Numbered from the stretch's first letter, positions 11,973 through 24,988 are shown. The stretch is 64,000 nucleotides of DNA from Paraspadella gotoi (GCA_051294375.1 CM119266.1:8456606-8520605); one strand, 5' to 3'. A program made the numbers and translations. The notes: generated by a model not told the origin, from the sequence alone.

Positions 11973-14900
11973 GTGAGTCATTCAAGAATGTGATGGTTAG
12001 ACGAAAACGACGACGACGACGACGACGACGACAACAACTATAAAAACGAAATCATTTTAACCGAGACAACTACAATAACAACGACTTTTATAGTATATGA
12101 ATTAGAACTAAGTGTTAAAAGAGATACAAGTTTCGTGTTCCAACCTAGAATAAAAAGTTATTAAATTTTGGATCAGATGCAGACTTAATATCAGGCATCC
12201 CTGGCCTTGATTTACAAATTTCTTATCGGGCCTCATACCCCTGGCTTTAATTTCAAAACTTGGTCACGTGACACAAGCCTTAAGCGTTAATTTCTTCACT
12301 TCTCATGTGTCAGTGATTTTTACTGAATGTCGGATTAAACATGAATTTTAAAAAAAGTTTTTTGCACATGAAACTTAATACAGATGCGTATATATCACAT
12401 TCGAATTACTAACTTTTTAACTTTCCGACTTTAAGATTNNNNNNNNNNNNNNNNNNNNNNNNNNNNNNNNNNNNNNNNNNNNNNNNNNNNNNNNNNNNNN
12501 NNNNNNNNNNNNNNNNNNNNNNNNNNNNNNNNNNNNNNNNNNNNNNNNNNNNNNNNNNNNNNNNNNNNNNNNNNNNNNNNNNNNNNNNNNNNNNNNNNNN
12601 NNNNNNNNNNNNNNNNNNNNNNNNNNNNNNNNNNNNNNNNNNNNNNNNNNNNNNNNATGAGACTATAAAAGATGTTTCGTTCTGTACGTATAGGGTAGAG
12701 AGAATCTACAAAATTATTTAATTATTATTTACATATTATTTTTGGTGGCTAGAATTCCAAAATCGTCAAAGATGCAAATTATGAAAAAAGATTAAAATGG
12801 GAGAAGAAGATAGTTTGAACTTTGANNNNNNNNNNNNNNNNNNNNNNNNNNNNNNNNNNNNNNNNNNNNNNNNNNNNNNNNNNNNNNNNNNNNNNNNNNN
12901 NNNNNNNNNNNNNNNNNNNNNNNNNNNNNNNNNNNNNNNNNNNNNNNNNNNNNNNNNNNNNNNNNNNNNNNNNNNNNNNNNNNNNNNNNNNNNNNNNNNN
13001 NNNNNNNNNNNNNNNNNNNNNNNNNNNNNNNNNNNNNNNNNNNNAAATAGCGACCATTAATCTCGCCCCCGACCCGCGATTCCTCCGCCCGCTTTTCTTG
13101 CTTCCGATGCTCTTTTCTTTTTTCCTTTTTTCTTTTCTTTTTCCCTTTTTTTCTTTTTTTCTTTTTTTCTTTTTTTCTTTTTTCCTTTTTTCTTTTCTTT
13201 TTTTCTTTTTTCTTTTTTCCTTTTTCCTTTTTTCTTTTCTTTTTTCCTTTTTTTAATTTTTTAAATTTTTTTTTTCCTTTTTAATTTGAATCTTTTGTTC
13301 TTTTGTTTTTCGCCGAGAGAAGAAAAAAGAAGAAAAATCTTCGTTGGGAGATAAAATCTCCCTCTGGACGCAAATCGCCCGGTTGTCGTTTTTTCTTGCT
13401 GTAAAAATTGACGGACTGAGACGGTCTGATGGTATTATTACGGATCAGACGGACAGACTGATATCATTCATTCGAGAGAGTAGGACCGACTAACAGTTAT
13501 TAGTTATGGACTGGTAGTATTCAATGGTGAGAGACATAGGAATTGATACTATATGCTCATTGTAACAAAAAGAGACAAATGCATGGAAATGAAAGTGCTG
13601 ATAAAGTAACCCAGATCCGTAAGTAGTAAATAAATGGATTCAGCCGAAAGACACAAATTTCAATTTTTTTTTATTTTAAAAATATAAACTTGTAGAATTC
13701 NNNNNNNNNNNNNNNNNNNNNNNNNNNNNNNNNNNNNNNNNNNNNNNNNNNNNNNNNNNNNNNNNNNNNNNNNNNNNNNNNNNNNNNNNNNNNNNNNNNN
13801 NNNNNNNNNNNNNNNNNNNNNNNGCTGTGAATTACATCATTATTGCAGAATTTTGTACAAGCATGCCTTGTCAATATCAGTAAGCAACAATATTTAAGTG
13901 AAAAAAAATTATATTTTCTTTATCCAAAAAAACTCTTAAAGTTTTTTTACTATAGTACAATTTAGCCTTTTTTCTTCAAGCAAATCACTAAAAAGAATTT
14001 AATTTGTTCATTTATTTTTTATGGGGTTTCATTAGTTTAAAAGATTCATTATAATTTTGAGCTTAGGTTTTGACAGCGTCACCCGTGCTCTAAGACGTCG
14101 GTTTCTAGCAGAAAGATAATTCCTGAGATATTGTAAACTTGTACGTGTGCCCTAATGCATTACTGGCTTCACCCTTTTTCGGTTACTATTGCCATCCCGT
14201 GTATCTTTGTTCCTTCAAGACGAATACCAGGAAAAATCAGTTTTTCTTCTCAACCTATCCTTTTAATTTCCTTGATTAAATAAAAAATTTCATGTTGCTC
14301 TCAAACCAGACCAATGCGACTTTACAATGTTAGAGTTACTATGCAAGAGTTGGTCAATAATTGAAAAGAAAAATTCCTGGCAAAGCCCTCTGAGACAAGA
14401 GGCCTTTTTTAAATCTCAAAATCGAACTCGACCTTAATGATTTCTATAATGTTAACCTTACCCCTAGCCCGCTTGTAAATTCTTGAAAAAGCAAAATTTC
14501 CCTTTTCCATTTTCTATAGTACAAAACTAAGGTTGAAAATTCTCCGCCGCAGCATGACTAGTCGCACCTTCTCCCCTGGCCCTTGTATTTGATATTTTAA
14601 ACTCCTTTATCAAATCGCCCCATTAAGACGAATTGGGCTAGCTCATTAAGAGACTATTAACGCGTATGCGGATTCGTGGTGTTTTTTACAACTGCATTTT
14701 TCTTTAGCCGCGAATTTTCTGGCAATCTCGTTCTGCAGATTTGGCCCGTGAGCGTCAGATTTAACGGAAGATCCCTGTTATTAGAAAAATGCTGGTGGAA
14801 CTTTTTTGTTGAGAGCGACGGGCATTTCTACGTCTGATGACGCCGTATCGTTTACACGTGAAAAAAATCGAAACTTGCGAGAAGAGATGTGCCCCGAGTA

Positions 14901-15367
14901 CCGAATTCTGTTAAACAACAAAATAGGCGAGCTGACAACATCGAATTTGATTTGACCCACTTTCGCCGATTGCCGGACAAAGAGAAGAAAGAATTCACAT
15001 TTTTGGGAATCTGCGGAGAGAACCCTTCACCCGCGCCCTCTAGACCGAAACTGCGCCTGGCCCAAATCCAGGCCACCGCACGACTAGCACGTTGCGAGAG
15101 GACCCGCCCAACAAAAAAGCGGCTCTCAGGCATATCAGCCTTTTCCCCCTGACCCCCTCGCCATCACCTGGGGTCTCTTAAGATTCTCTTCGTGATCATT
15201 GTCCATTATTTCTGGACGGAGCGAAATGGTTTTTTTTGCATTCTTTTTTTTCTTCTTATATTTGGTTTTTTTAAACTTTTTGATTCATTTGTTTTTCTCA
15301 TTTTTTGCTAAGAAACGCGACATCGATCCATCGCTGACACGCGAGAGGTTGAACGTGATTGCACGAG

Positions 15368-15416
<49 letters not shown>

Positions 15417-15902
15417 CCAGTAATTGAACAAAGAAAAAAGTGAGGAATTGAAGAATTTTTTTCTTTCTTTTTTCTGTCAACAGTTGAGTGATTTTTGCTT
15501 TTGTCGTCGTCAACCGATTTTTTTCTTACAATCGGAATCATTGTCATTACCATCTTCATCAGTTCCAGTGCCATCGGCATGATCATAATTTGTCATTAAC
15601 TATCATCATCATCGTCGTCATTTTTACAGACTTAATCTTCATCGTCATAATGATAATTTTAGTCAATATATTTATCAAAACCTTATCTTTAAACATGTCA
15701 TTATCATCATCATCTTTATCATAATCATCTACATCAGCAAATCATCATCATCATCATCTTCGTGGTCGTGCTTGAAAAAAAATGAAAGCGATGTTCGTCT
15801 AAGTAAAGAAAAAAGTTTTCAGCAACATCAACATTGTTGTTGTCGTCTTTGTTGTTGTCGTCTGTCTCGAATCAAAGCAACGACATGTGATCCTTTCTTA
15901 AT

Positions 15903-15939
<37 letters not shown>

Positions 15940-16107
15940 CCGAGAGAAACTCAACGCAATATTGACTGGTCTTTTCAACGTCGTCGTCGTCGTCGTCGTC
16001 GTCGTCGTTCGTCGTCGTCGTCGTCGTCGTCGTCGTGCGTCGTCGTTGCTTGACTGAATCTTTTTTTATAATCCATAGAATTAATTACGACGCCTTCTAA
16101 GAGAGAT

Positions 16108-16141
<34 letters not shown>

Positions 16142-16504
16142 GAGGAGAGAGAGAGAGAGAGAGAGAGGAAGAGAGAGAGAGAGGAGATGGCGTTTAATTA
16201 ACTCACTTCCTATTTGCTTCTATAAAGATAACAGAATTTCAAACCAAAGAACGAATTTTTTAATTGATATTTTTTTTTTCAATTAAAATTATTCATATAC
16301 GTATTAGCTTATCAACCTGGAATGGAGAGATATAGAGAAAGAGATACATAGTATAAATATTATACAGTATAGCTTAAGAAGGATTTATTATGAATGTTTG
16401 TTCAAAGGATAAACGACAGAATCTTCTGGAAAGAGAATTATTGAGAAATTTGCTCACAGAGAATTAGACGAGGGGATTATGTTGCCAACGAGACGGAGAG
16501 GAAG

Positions 16505-16552
<48 letters not shown>

Positions 16553-19500
16553 AATACGTAATCCTTCGGCCTAGTTCGTTTTATCAACTATGTATTTGTT
16601 GTGCCCATATAAATGTCACATTACTGTAGAAATACATTTTTGAAACATTTTTCCAAGTTTCGAACTTGTTGTAAAAAAGAACAACTAGTATCAATCACAT
16701 CAAAAACAAAAACGGATTAAAGATAAAATAAATAAAACTTTTTTTAAAAAAATATTTTCTAACAAATCATTGCTATTATTTATTTCAGAATATCAGTTAC
16801 ATAATAGAACAAACTTTACTATTCTTTTCTTCTTTTTTCTCCATTTTCTTGGAGGAATTTTCTTCTTCCGACCTGTTAAAGACAAAAAATAGGCATAATA
16901 AGTAAATTATTTAAATTCAAATATTACTTGATAAAAGTTACTTGTGATCCAAGCTGGAAACTATCTTGTAGGCTTTCTGCGCACCGCCGACCGCCATGCC
17001 GACCTTTTGGAATTTCGCCCTGAGTGACTTTGACGGCTTGGCGGTCATCTTCGCCAACTCCTCCGACAGAAGAGCCGCGTCTTCGTCGACCTTGAAATGA
17101 ATTGAAATGAATTGAAATGAATTGAAATGGATTGAAATGAATTGGAATGAATTGAAATGGATTGAAATGAATTGGAATGAATTGAAATGGATTGAAATGA
17201 ATTGGAATGAATTGAAATGAATTGAAAGTCAATTTTTCAGATTAAAAAAAATATTTCTATAATTATTTCAGTTTCATTTCATTTTTTTAAATTTTGCCAT
17301 TGATGTAGTTGAAAAAAATATTCTCTATTGTGGCGAATCATAAATTCGCCTCCCGTATAGCTTGGTGAAACTCAGCTCGTCCCATTGGCTTGGACCGCCG
17401 AGTACTCGTTTACCAACCCACATTACCATACTATTTCATTTTTTTATTGGCAAAAAATGCGATCGAGAAAAAATTGAAAAAAATTGATTCTAAAATTTAT
17501 TCTACTATGCACTAGGCCGAAATTTACCCTCTATTTAACTCAAAAGTAAACTAAACTAAATAAAAAAAAAAAAAATAAATAGCAATTCCACTATTACCAA
17601 ATGTTTTTCAGTCTTGGCGTCGGTTCGAGCGACGATCGTGATTCCCGGAACGTCGGCGACGTGATCGTCGCAAAGCCAAAGCGTCCGTCCGCTGGGAAGT
17701 TGACAACAATTCAAGCCTCCGCGAGTCGAGTCCCTGTCCGCCTTCACCAACTCCTTCAACGTCTCCAAATAAGATTCTTGCAAGCGTCGATTCACATCCG
17801 ACGGATCCGCATTTTCGCACAATCGCGCGACGAGCGATTCGTCCTTCAGCGCCTCCAGCGGAATCAACATGTGCATGAACAGTTTGAGGGCGATGACGAG
17901 GTAAGGTCGCGCCGACTCGAAGAAGCGTGCCGCGTCAATGTCCTGCGGCAGTGGAACTCCGGGTTCCACGGCGTGCCAGCCACGCTCCGATTCGCAGAAT
18001 AGACGGAAACAGACGGGAGCGCCAAAGGTTTTGGAGATGGCTTCCGGAGTTGGCTCTGAGATTTTGTCTATGGCGAACACACGAGGGTAGGCTGTCTCGC
18101 TGATCCCGGTTAATTTGCGAAGTTCCACGAGTTGACGAAGGAACTTTCGTTGCTGCAACTCGATCATTTCTTGGAATACAATGGATTGATTTTGATCGGA
18201 GATCTGGGGAGCGTCGATCGTTTTATCAGCGGCCTTGTCGCTAGTCAGGATTTCTTTCAATTTACCAACTAGGACATTGACGGCATTTGGAGATTCCAGT
18301 TGCATGTTGATTTCTTCTTTTCCCATGGCCAACATTCCAATCTCACTCTCTTTCCAGCCACTCTTTGTGCCAACGACCAAAACAATTATTGGCAGACGCA
18401 GCGACGTCGATGCAAACCGAAATTCCATCTGACAGTTTTTGGACTTGACGTATTCCTTGGAAAGGCAGGCAACAACGACTCGCGCATGGCGAAGTCCTTC
18501 AGCAATGTCCTCAAATAGTCCTGCATCTCCACCAACTCTCTCAAAATCCATCCAGCATTGAATCCCTTCAGCTTCCAACTCTGTCTTTAGCATTCGGGGA
18601 TCCTTCCATCCAATGGCCTCGTCCGAAGGTGTCAAGTTGCAGGAATTCATCGCCATCAACGAATTTGACCAACAATAAGAAATGAAACATGGCGGGAAAT
18701 CGGCAACGCTGGATTTGGTTCCCGTGATCTGTTTTCTAACCAAATCGATAAGTTCATCTACCTTTTGATCGTAAATCGATTTATCATGAAAACTGACGTA
18801 CAAGTCTCCGGCGAAAAGTGATCCGGTGGGAGTTTTGTTCCAATCTTGGTTGTCATCTAAAAGTATGAGTTGCATGGGCTTCTTGAGTGTGTTATTGACG
18901 AATGAAACATGGTTTTTGCATTTGGAATCTTCAAGGAATGACGATGACATACAGACGACCGCGGCTCCGGATGTTTTGATATGCAATATGTTTTTTTCGT
19001 CCAAATCTTTGTGAAGATCAGTTAAGCAAGTAAACTCGGTTTTATTCTCTATATCGCTCATTATTTTTCTTGCCGTATCGTCGTCCTTTTCACAGAAACA
19101 AAAATAAATTTTCAGACTCATCGCTCTTTTCAACTCCTTCAATTGCTGTACGCTCGATTCTAATTGAACTCGGACGTGATGAGTATCTGCTCCATTTGTT
19201 GGAACTTCAGCTTGAATTTGTTGCAACGGTATTGAATGGAAACTCTGATCACATTGTATCAAAGGGACTTTTAATGTTAAGGCTCGTTTCACTTTAGAAA
19301 GAGGAAATAAGGAAGGCTCTCTGCTTCCATTATGGACGCAATCATTGCAAGGAATTAACAAATCGTAAGATACGCCCGTAAATGATTCTAGGATTATATT
19401 CTCAACAACTTCGTGGACGAGATAAAGAAGATTTTGGGGGTGGCTGCCGTGTACTTTTATCAATATATTTTGTTGGTCCTGCTGTGAAAATAAGCATTTA

Positions 19501-22500
19501 TGATCGTTTTTTTGCAGCAATGAACCTTTCTTCCATATGGAAAAGTAATCGGAATACTCACTTAGTCTAACTTGAGCTCGGTTAAACAAACCAGCAGGTA
19601 CAATTGGAAATTTGTAAATAAATCTGGTTTCGATCAAGCCGGATTTTGTATCTGGTAGGGGCCATTCATACTCTGGTTGAATTTCTGGCATTAGGCAAGG
19701 TACTAAACTATATGGTTTTTCATTTTCTGTCACTGGAACCTTAAAAGTTAAATCAAACTCCTCGGTTAAATTAAGAAGCCATTCATGGAGATCTTTTGGA
19801 TAATGTTGCCAAATAATAGCCACATCTTCGTGAAAGAATTTACCATCGATTATTTTGGAATCTTTGACTGACACAACGCATTTCATGACGTCCACTATCC
19901 ATTGCGGATTAATAACGACATTGTTCTTCAATGTGGTTTTATTAAAATGTTGTATAGAACCCAATTCGTGAAGGAACTGGCATACATCTTTAATCTCAGC
20001 TTCATCAACAATACCTGAATCCATTGCATAACTTGAAAAATCTGACCACGACACATGTTCGGTACCACGTTTTGCTTTAGTCACTAAAACTCTCTCAAAA
20101 TCAAGCCAGACTTTCGGGATCTTTTCTCCCATGTACCATTCTTGTAGTGTACGTTCGATGATGGAATCTCTCAGCTCATTGACGCCCTCTTTCGTTTGAC
20201 AACTTACTTGAAAGAAACCAACAATTTGCGGAAATTGTTTCTGTAGAGAATCAGTGGGCAATGAGAATTTGGCTATTTCATCTAAATGAGTCCCAATTAC
20301 AAATATTGGAGCAGTTGGAGCATGCGATCGGACCGAACTAAGCCAAAAGAGTAGTCCAGCATGCTCGTAACCCAATCTCATATTCCACAAAAGGAGATAA
20401 ACTGCTCTGCTGGTTAAAAAAAATTGATGCGTGTTGTAATAAACCGACTGTCCCGCAAAATCCCAAGCAGAAAAGGTCAACTGTTCTTCAGGAATATTCC
20501 AGGTAGCAATATCGATTCCATCGGTTACGCTTGTCGAAAGTTGTTTATCCATTAGTGAATTAAGCAAACTTGTTTTTCCGGCTCCGCCTAAGCCGATCAT
20601 CATGAGTTTGGTTCTTTTGCACTCAACCGATCCTGTTAATAATCTTTTCATGTATCCCATGACCGCAATGAATCCTTTATTTACTATTTCTATCGGTGGA
20701 GTTTTCAAAGCGTAGCATCCAGAGAGATTGAGCATTTTTAAGCGAAGTACTCCAACTTGAGATGACACATTCTCTAACGATAGATTGTAGGACAAATCCA
20801 GATTTTCCAAATTTTCTAAATTCTGAATTGAATCATCAATTTCTTTGAATCCTTGTCTTGATAGATTTAGGAAAGTCAAATTTTTCATCGATGTTAAATG
20901 AGAAAATTCAATAAGCTTTGGTATTTTATTTTGAATTAAATCTGCATTGAGTTTCTGAACGACGGTTCGATCCAAAATTCCGCTGTTATCTTCATCGTAA
21001 TTCTTAAATTTTTCCTCCATCATTTTATAATCTGAATAGTCGTAAAAGAATATCTGTGATGTGTACGACGCAATATCATCCAGGGAATATAGATCTTTGT
21101 TCTTTTCAGCTATCCAAGGAATTCCATCTAATTGTAATGTTTTCAGAGGTAAGTCACGTATTGCGGTAGGAATATCACTAAAGCCAACGGCAGATAAACA
21201 AAGATTTTCCAGCCGTTTTAAATTACTGATTGAATCGGGGAGTTTGTTCATTGTAGTATTGCTGGCCGAAAGAGTCTTTAAATTCGAAAGCATTCCGATA
21301 TTGTCTGGAAGACGGGCTAATGGATTGGCATCAATGAGCAAAATTTCTAACTCGGTACATTTGCAAAGAGACTCTGGGCATTTTTTTATCTTATTGTAAG
21401 AGATGTCTAAAACTTTCAGCCGAACGCACGTTTCAATCGAATCCGGTATTACTTCGATAGAGTTATGGGCCAACTTGATGTTTATTAAATGCGTAATTAA
21501 TTGAGTTAGAACCGAGATTTCGTTGAACGAATAATCTATGCTAAATATGACATTTTCGAATCCGTCGAAGTCCTCCGGTATTTTTTCGAGCATTAAATTT
21601 TTGAGAAAAGCTTTATTGTGACCTTTGCATACATGTTTATTTCCCTTCACCCACCATTTATCGGTATCTTGCTTCCAATAATTCCATTTATCGACTAAAA
21701 AGTCCGACTCTTTCGGAAAATCATTGGTAATCTTTGTTTTTTGAATAATTCCAATCAGCTTTTCTAGTATGTCGCTTCCAATAAATAGGCTATGAATATA
21801 GCTGGAAAGAATACTTTGTAAGGTCGTAATATTTTTCTCGCTATTTTCACTGTCAAACAAATCTTTTGGAAAAAAATGTTGTTCTGCATCACAAACATCA
21901 ACGAAATAGATAAGAGCACTAACAAACAAGTATTCAACATTGGGATACCGGAGGTCAAATTTTGTGCCCCAAGACCCATTGAAATGACAACTCTCATCTG
22001 CGCAACACAAAAAATGCAAGGTTGTATCTAAAAAGTGACTATATGCAGATGACCCACTTTTCGACGTCAATGGCAAGAGAACGCTGGGTTGAATTCCTTG
22101 ACCTTCCAAAAAACTCACGAGGGATTTCCTCGACTCAGAATCGGAACTGAAAACAGAGGCTAAATATAGAAAAAGGGAAAATGCCGAAGAGAGGCTATCG
22201 CTCTCTGCTTCCGCTTCTTTCGCATGGTTAAGTATATCAACTGCTCTATTTATAAGAAAAGAGTCAATTGGTGCAGAAGAAAAATTGTAACTTTCCAAAA
22301 TCTTTTCCCAAGATTTTTTGGAAGAGCCTACGATTCTATCATTGGCATTCAAAATCAAGGCTCCGCCGTTTTCGAGGTAGACCGGATCATTTTGTATCAA
22401 GTACTCGTGATATCCAATGGGATGAATTTTGTCCGAATCAACTTCTAACCATGAAACTGAACCCGAACCGAAATTGGTGAGTTGCTTAAATCCAAACTTG

Positions 22501-24042
22501 GCGTTTTTAGGTTTGGCGACGATCACTGCTCCGTACAGCGTGAATTTGTCCTCGCCTTCGATTTCAAAGACTCGACCATAAACAAGACTTTCATCGGATG
22601 CTGACCCAATTATCTCTTCCGGAAGAACATACGCTTGGTGGGTGTTGAAAAAATATGGTGGCACAGCCTTTGCCTTCGCTTCGGACAAATAATCTTTCCA
22701 GTTGAAAGACTCTTTTTCATAATGGATAGGCGGAGTAAGCTCTTGATTATCTTGGGCCGCATAACCCGCGGGAAAAAACCCAAAAGCGGTGACGTTTTCT
22801 TGAACAATCGAAGTTTTCCCGTCACTAAGAACAGAGATTTCGAGTCGAGACAAATTAGTTTTCTCATCCTCCACCAGATGGAGATCCACTACTGAAGCAA
22901 CCTCTGGTATGTAATCTTCCGTATTCAGCATCTCCAATTTCATACCCGGTTTCCAACTGGCAATTTTTTCAACGTCTTTCAAATTCAAAAGACTCGAAGA
23001 AGGAAAAGAAAAGTTAAGGAAGAATTTCGAGGAATTTTGTTTGTTTTTGTCTTTCACGAATGAACCAAAGTGATAAAGTCCCTTTGGCAAAAGAACGTGA
23101 ACGTCTTCGCAGAGACCAGTCGACAAACGCAACGTGCATTTGTCGTCCTCATTGCTGGGAAGCAAGGACAGATGCAACGCGCCGAGTTCCCCTTTCCCAA
23201 ACTTTTCAAACAAATCCAGATTTTCTCTTTGATCTCCTCTCACAACGATGAGCTCCTTCGCGAAGGCATTCATCAGCACAGTGTTTTCTCCGTGAACGTA
23301 AAAGTATAAATTGGGATTGTTGTTTTTGGCGACGCGAACGGTGACCGTCGGTCCGTAGACGGGATCCAATGGGCTCAACGGCAACGAGAATCCGTTGGTG
23401 TTATCTTCGTGAACGAAGTTCATGTTGCCGATGAGAGAGAGCGAGTCTTGCGGGTTGTGAAGCTGGACCCACTGCGGGTTGAGCGCGATGTACATGAGCC
23501 AAATCTTGAAGGCGGAATCGGGATGAAGACGAGGGAAACTCGGGAATTGGTCGGGGGTCGGAAGTCGTTTGGATGTGAAGTCGAGTCTGCAGAATTCCTC
23601 GTGAGGAGTCAAGATGGAGTCGGTCAGTTCGAACGATTCAAAGGTTCGTGAAGTGCGATTGTTCTTTAAGAGAGAGAGAGAGAAGTAGAGGAATCGATTT
23701 TGGAAAACAAAGGTTTAACTTTAAAGTAAACCATTTATTTTTAGTTTTTTATTAGTATTCCTTTAACTCTTACTCGATTACATTTTCATTATCATGTCAA
23801 GATGGTTAGCCATTCAAACCAAGAGACAATGAAAGCCTAAGGGACAAACAAACAGATACCTTTAGAGACGGGTAGAATAACCTAGATACAAAGAGACAAC
23901 AGTAATTAATTCTCACCCTCGTTTTACGATTCTCCAAAAAAAAAATTGTTATGTTTTGCTAAGGTTAAGTAATCACGCCTCGCCACAGGGTCGATGCCCG
24001 GTTGTCATTGTGTTAAGCGGTCGTAAGAGAAGCCGCTTACTC

Positions 24043-24094
<52 letters not shown>

Positions 24095-24948
24095 TCTCTC
24101 TCTCTCGTCTACTTGATAATTGCCGCGCTCTCTCATTTCAGTTTCATTCGTGATTGTCAGTGTCTCATCATTATTACGTCAATAGAATGCTTTATTACTA
24201 CTTATAACTAATATGAGCCTCTACAAACAATAATCACCATCATTTGCTAAAATCGATCCCTCTCTTTCCCTTAAACTCGGCCGGTTTTCCGTCCTCCAAT
24301 TTTTCCGCCGCGAAATTGAAGCAAAGACCGAATTCTAAGAAAACGAATTCCGCGACGATTCTGAAGAGACGAAAGATCGAGGCCGAGTGCGCGAACAGAT
24401 CCGATCGTACGGACGACTCGTCTCTTTTCCCTCCGGACACGAAGAGACGCAACGCGGACGTACGGACGGAGAGACGGATCGACGTCGTCGTCGTCGTTTC
24501 GACGGACAGTCGGACGTCGGTGGCGCCGATTTTGAAACGAGCGGCTTTGGAGGTCACGTGACTCGGGGAAGCGATGGAGGCGGAGCGGGCGACGAGGATG
24601 TCGAAGAGGCTCGTCGAGGAGACGTCGAGTTTGCGGGAGACGGAGAAGGTGGCGATGAGGGATGTCGTGTGGAGGGACTCGTTTTGGGAGCTGGGAATTT
24701 TTTTTTTTTTTGGGGGGGGGGTTGACGAGTTGAAGAATCCATTTATTAAGTTAGTTTTTTAAAATTTTATTTAATTTATTTAATTATTTATTTAATTATT
24801 TAATTATCTATTTAATTATTTATTTAATTATTTATTTAATTATTTATTTATTTATTTATTTAGTAATTTTTTAAGTTAGTTTTTTACAATTTTATTTATT
24901 TATTTATTTAGTTAGTTTTTTACAATTTTATTTATTTAAAATTGTATT

Positions 24949-24988
<40 letters not shown>

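Noticed and set aside
14835-14880. CTGATGA...CGAAAC as a hammerhead ribozyme core
   Set aside because: The intervening sequence cannot form stem II and no flanking stems are evident.
17556-17597. Hydrophobic C-terminus VIVELLFIFFFFI of the 2018-aa ORF as a membrane anchor
   Set aside because: It is intron read-through after the GTAATA donor at 17597; the spliced end is the CaaX exon.
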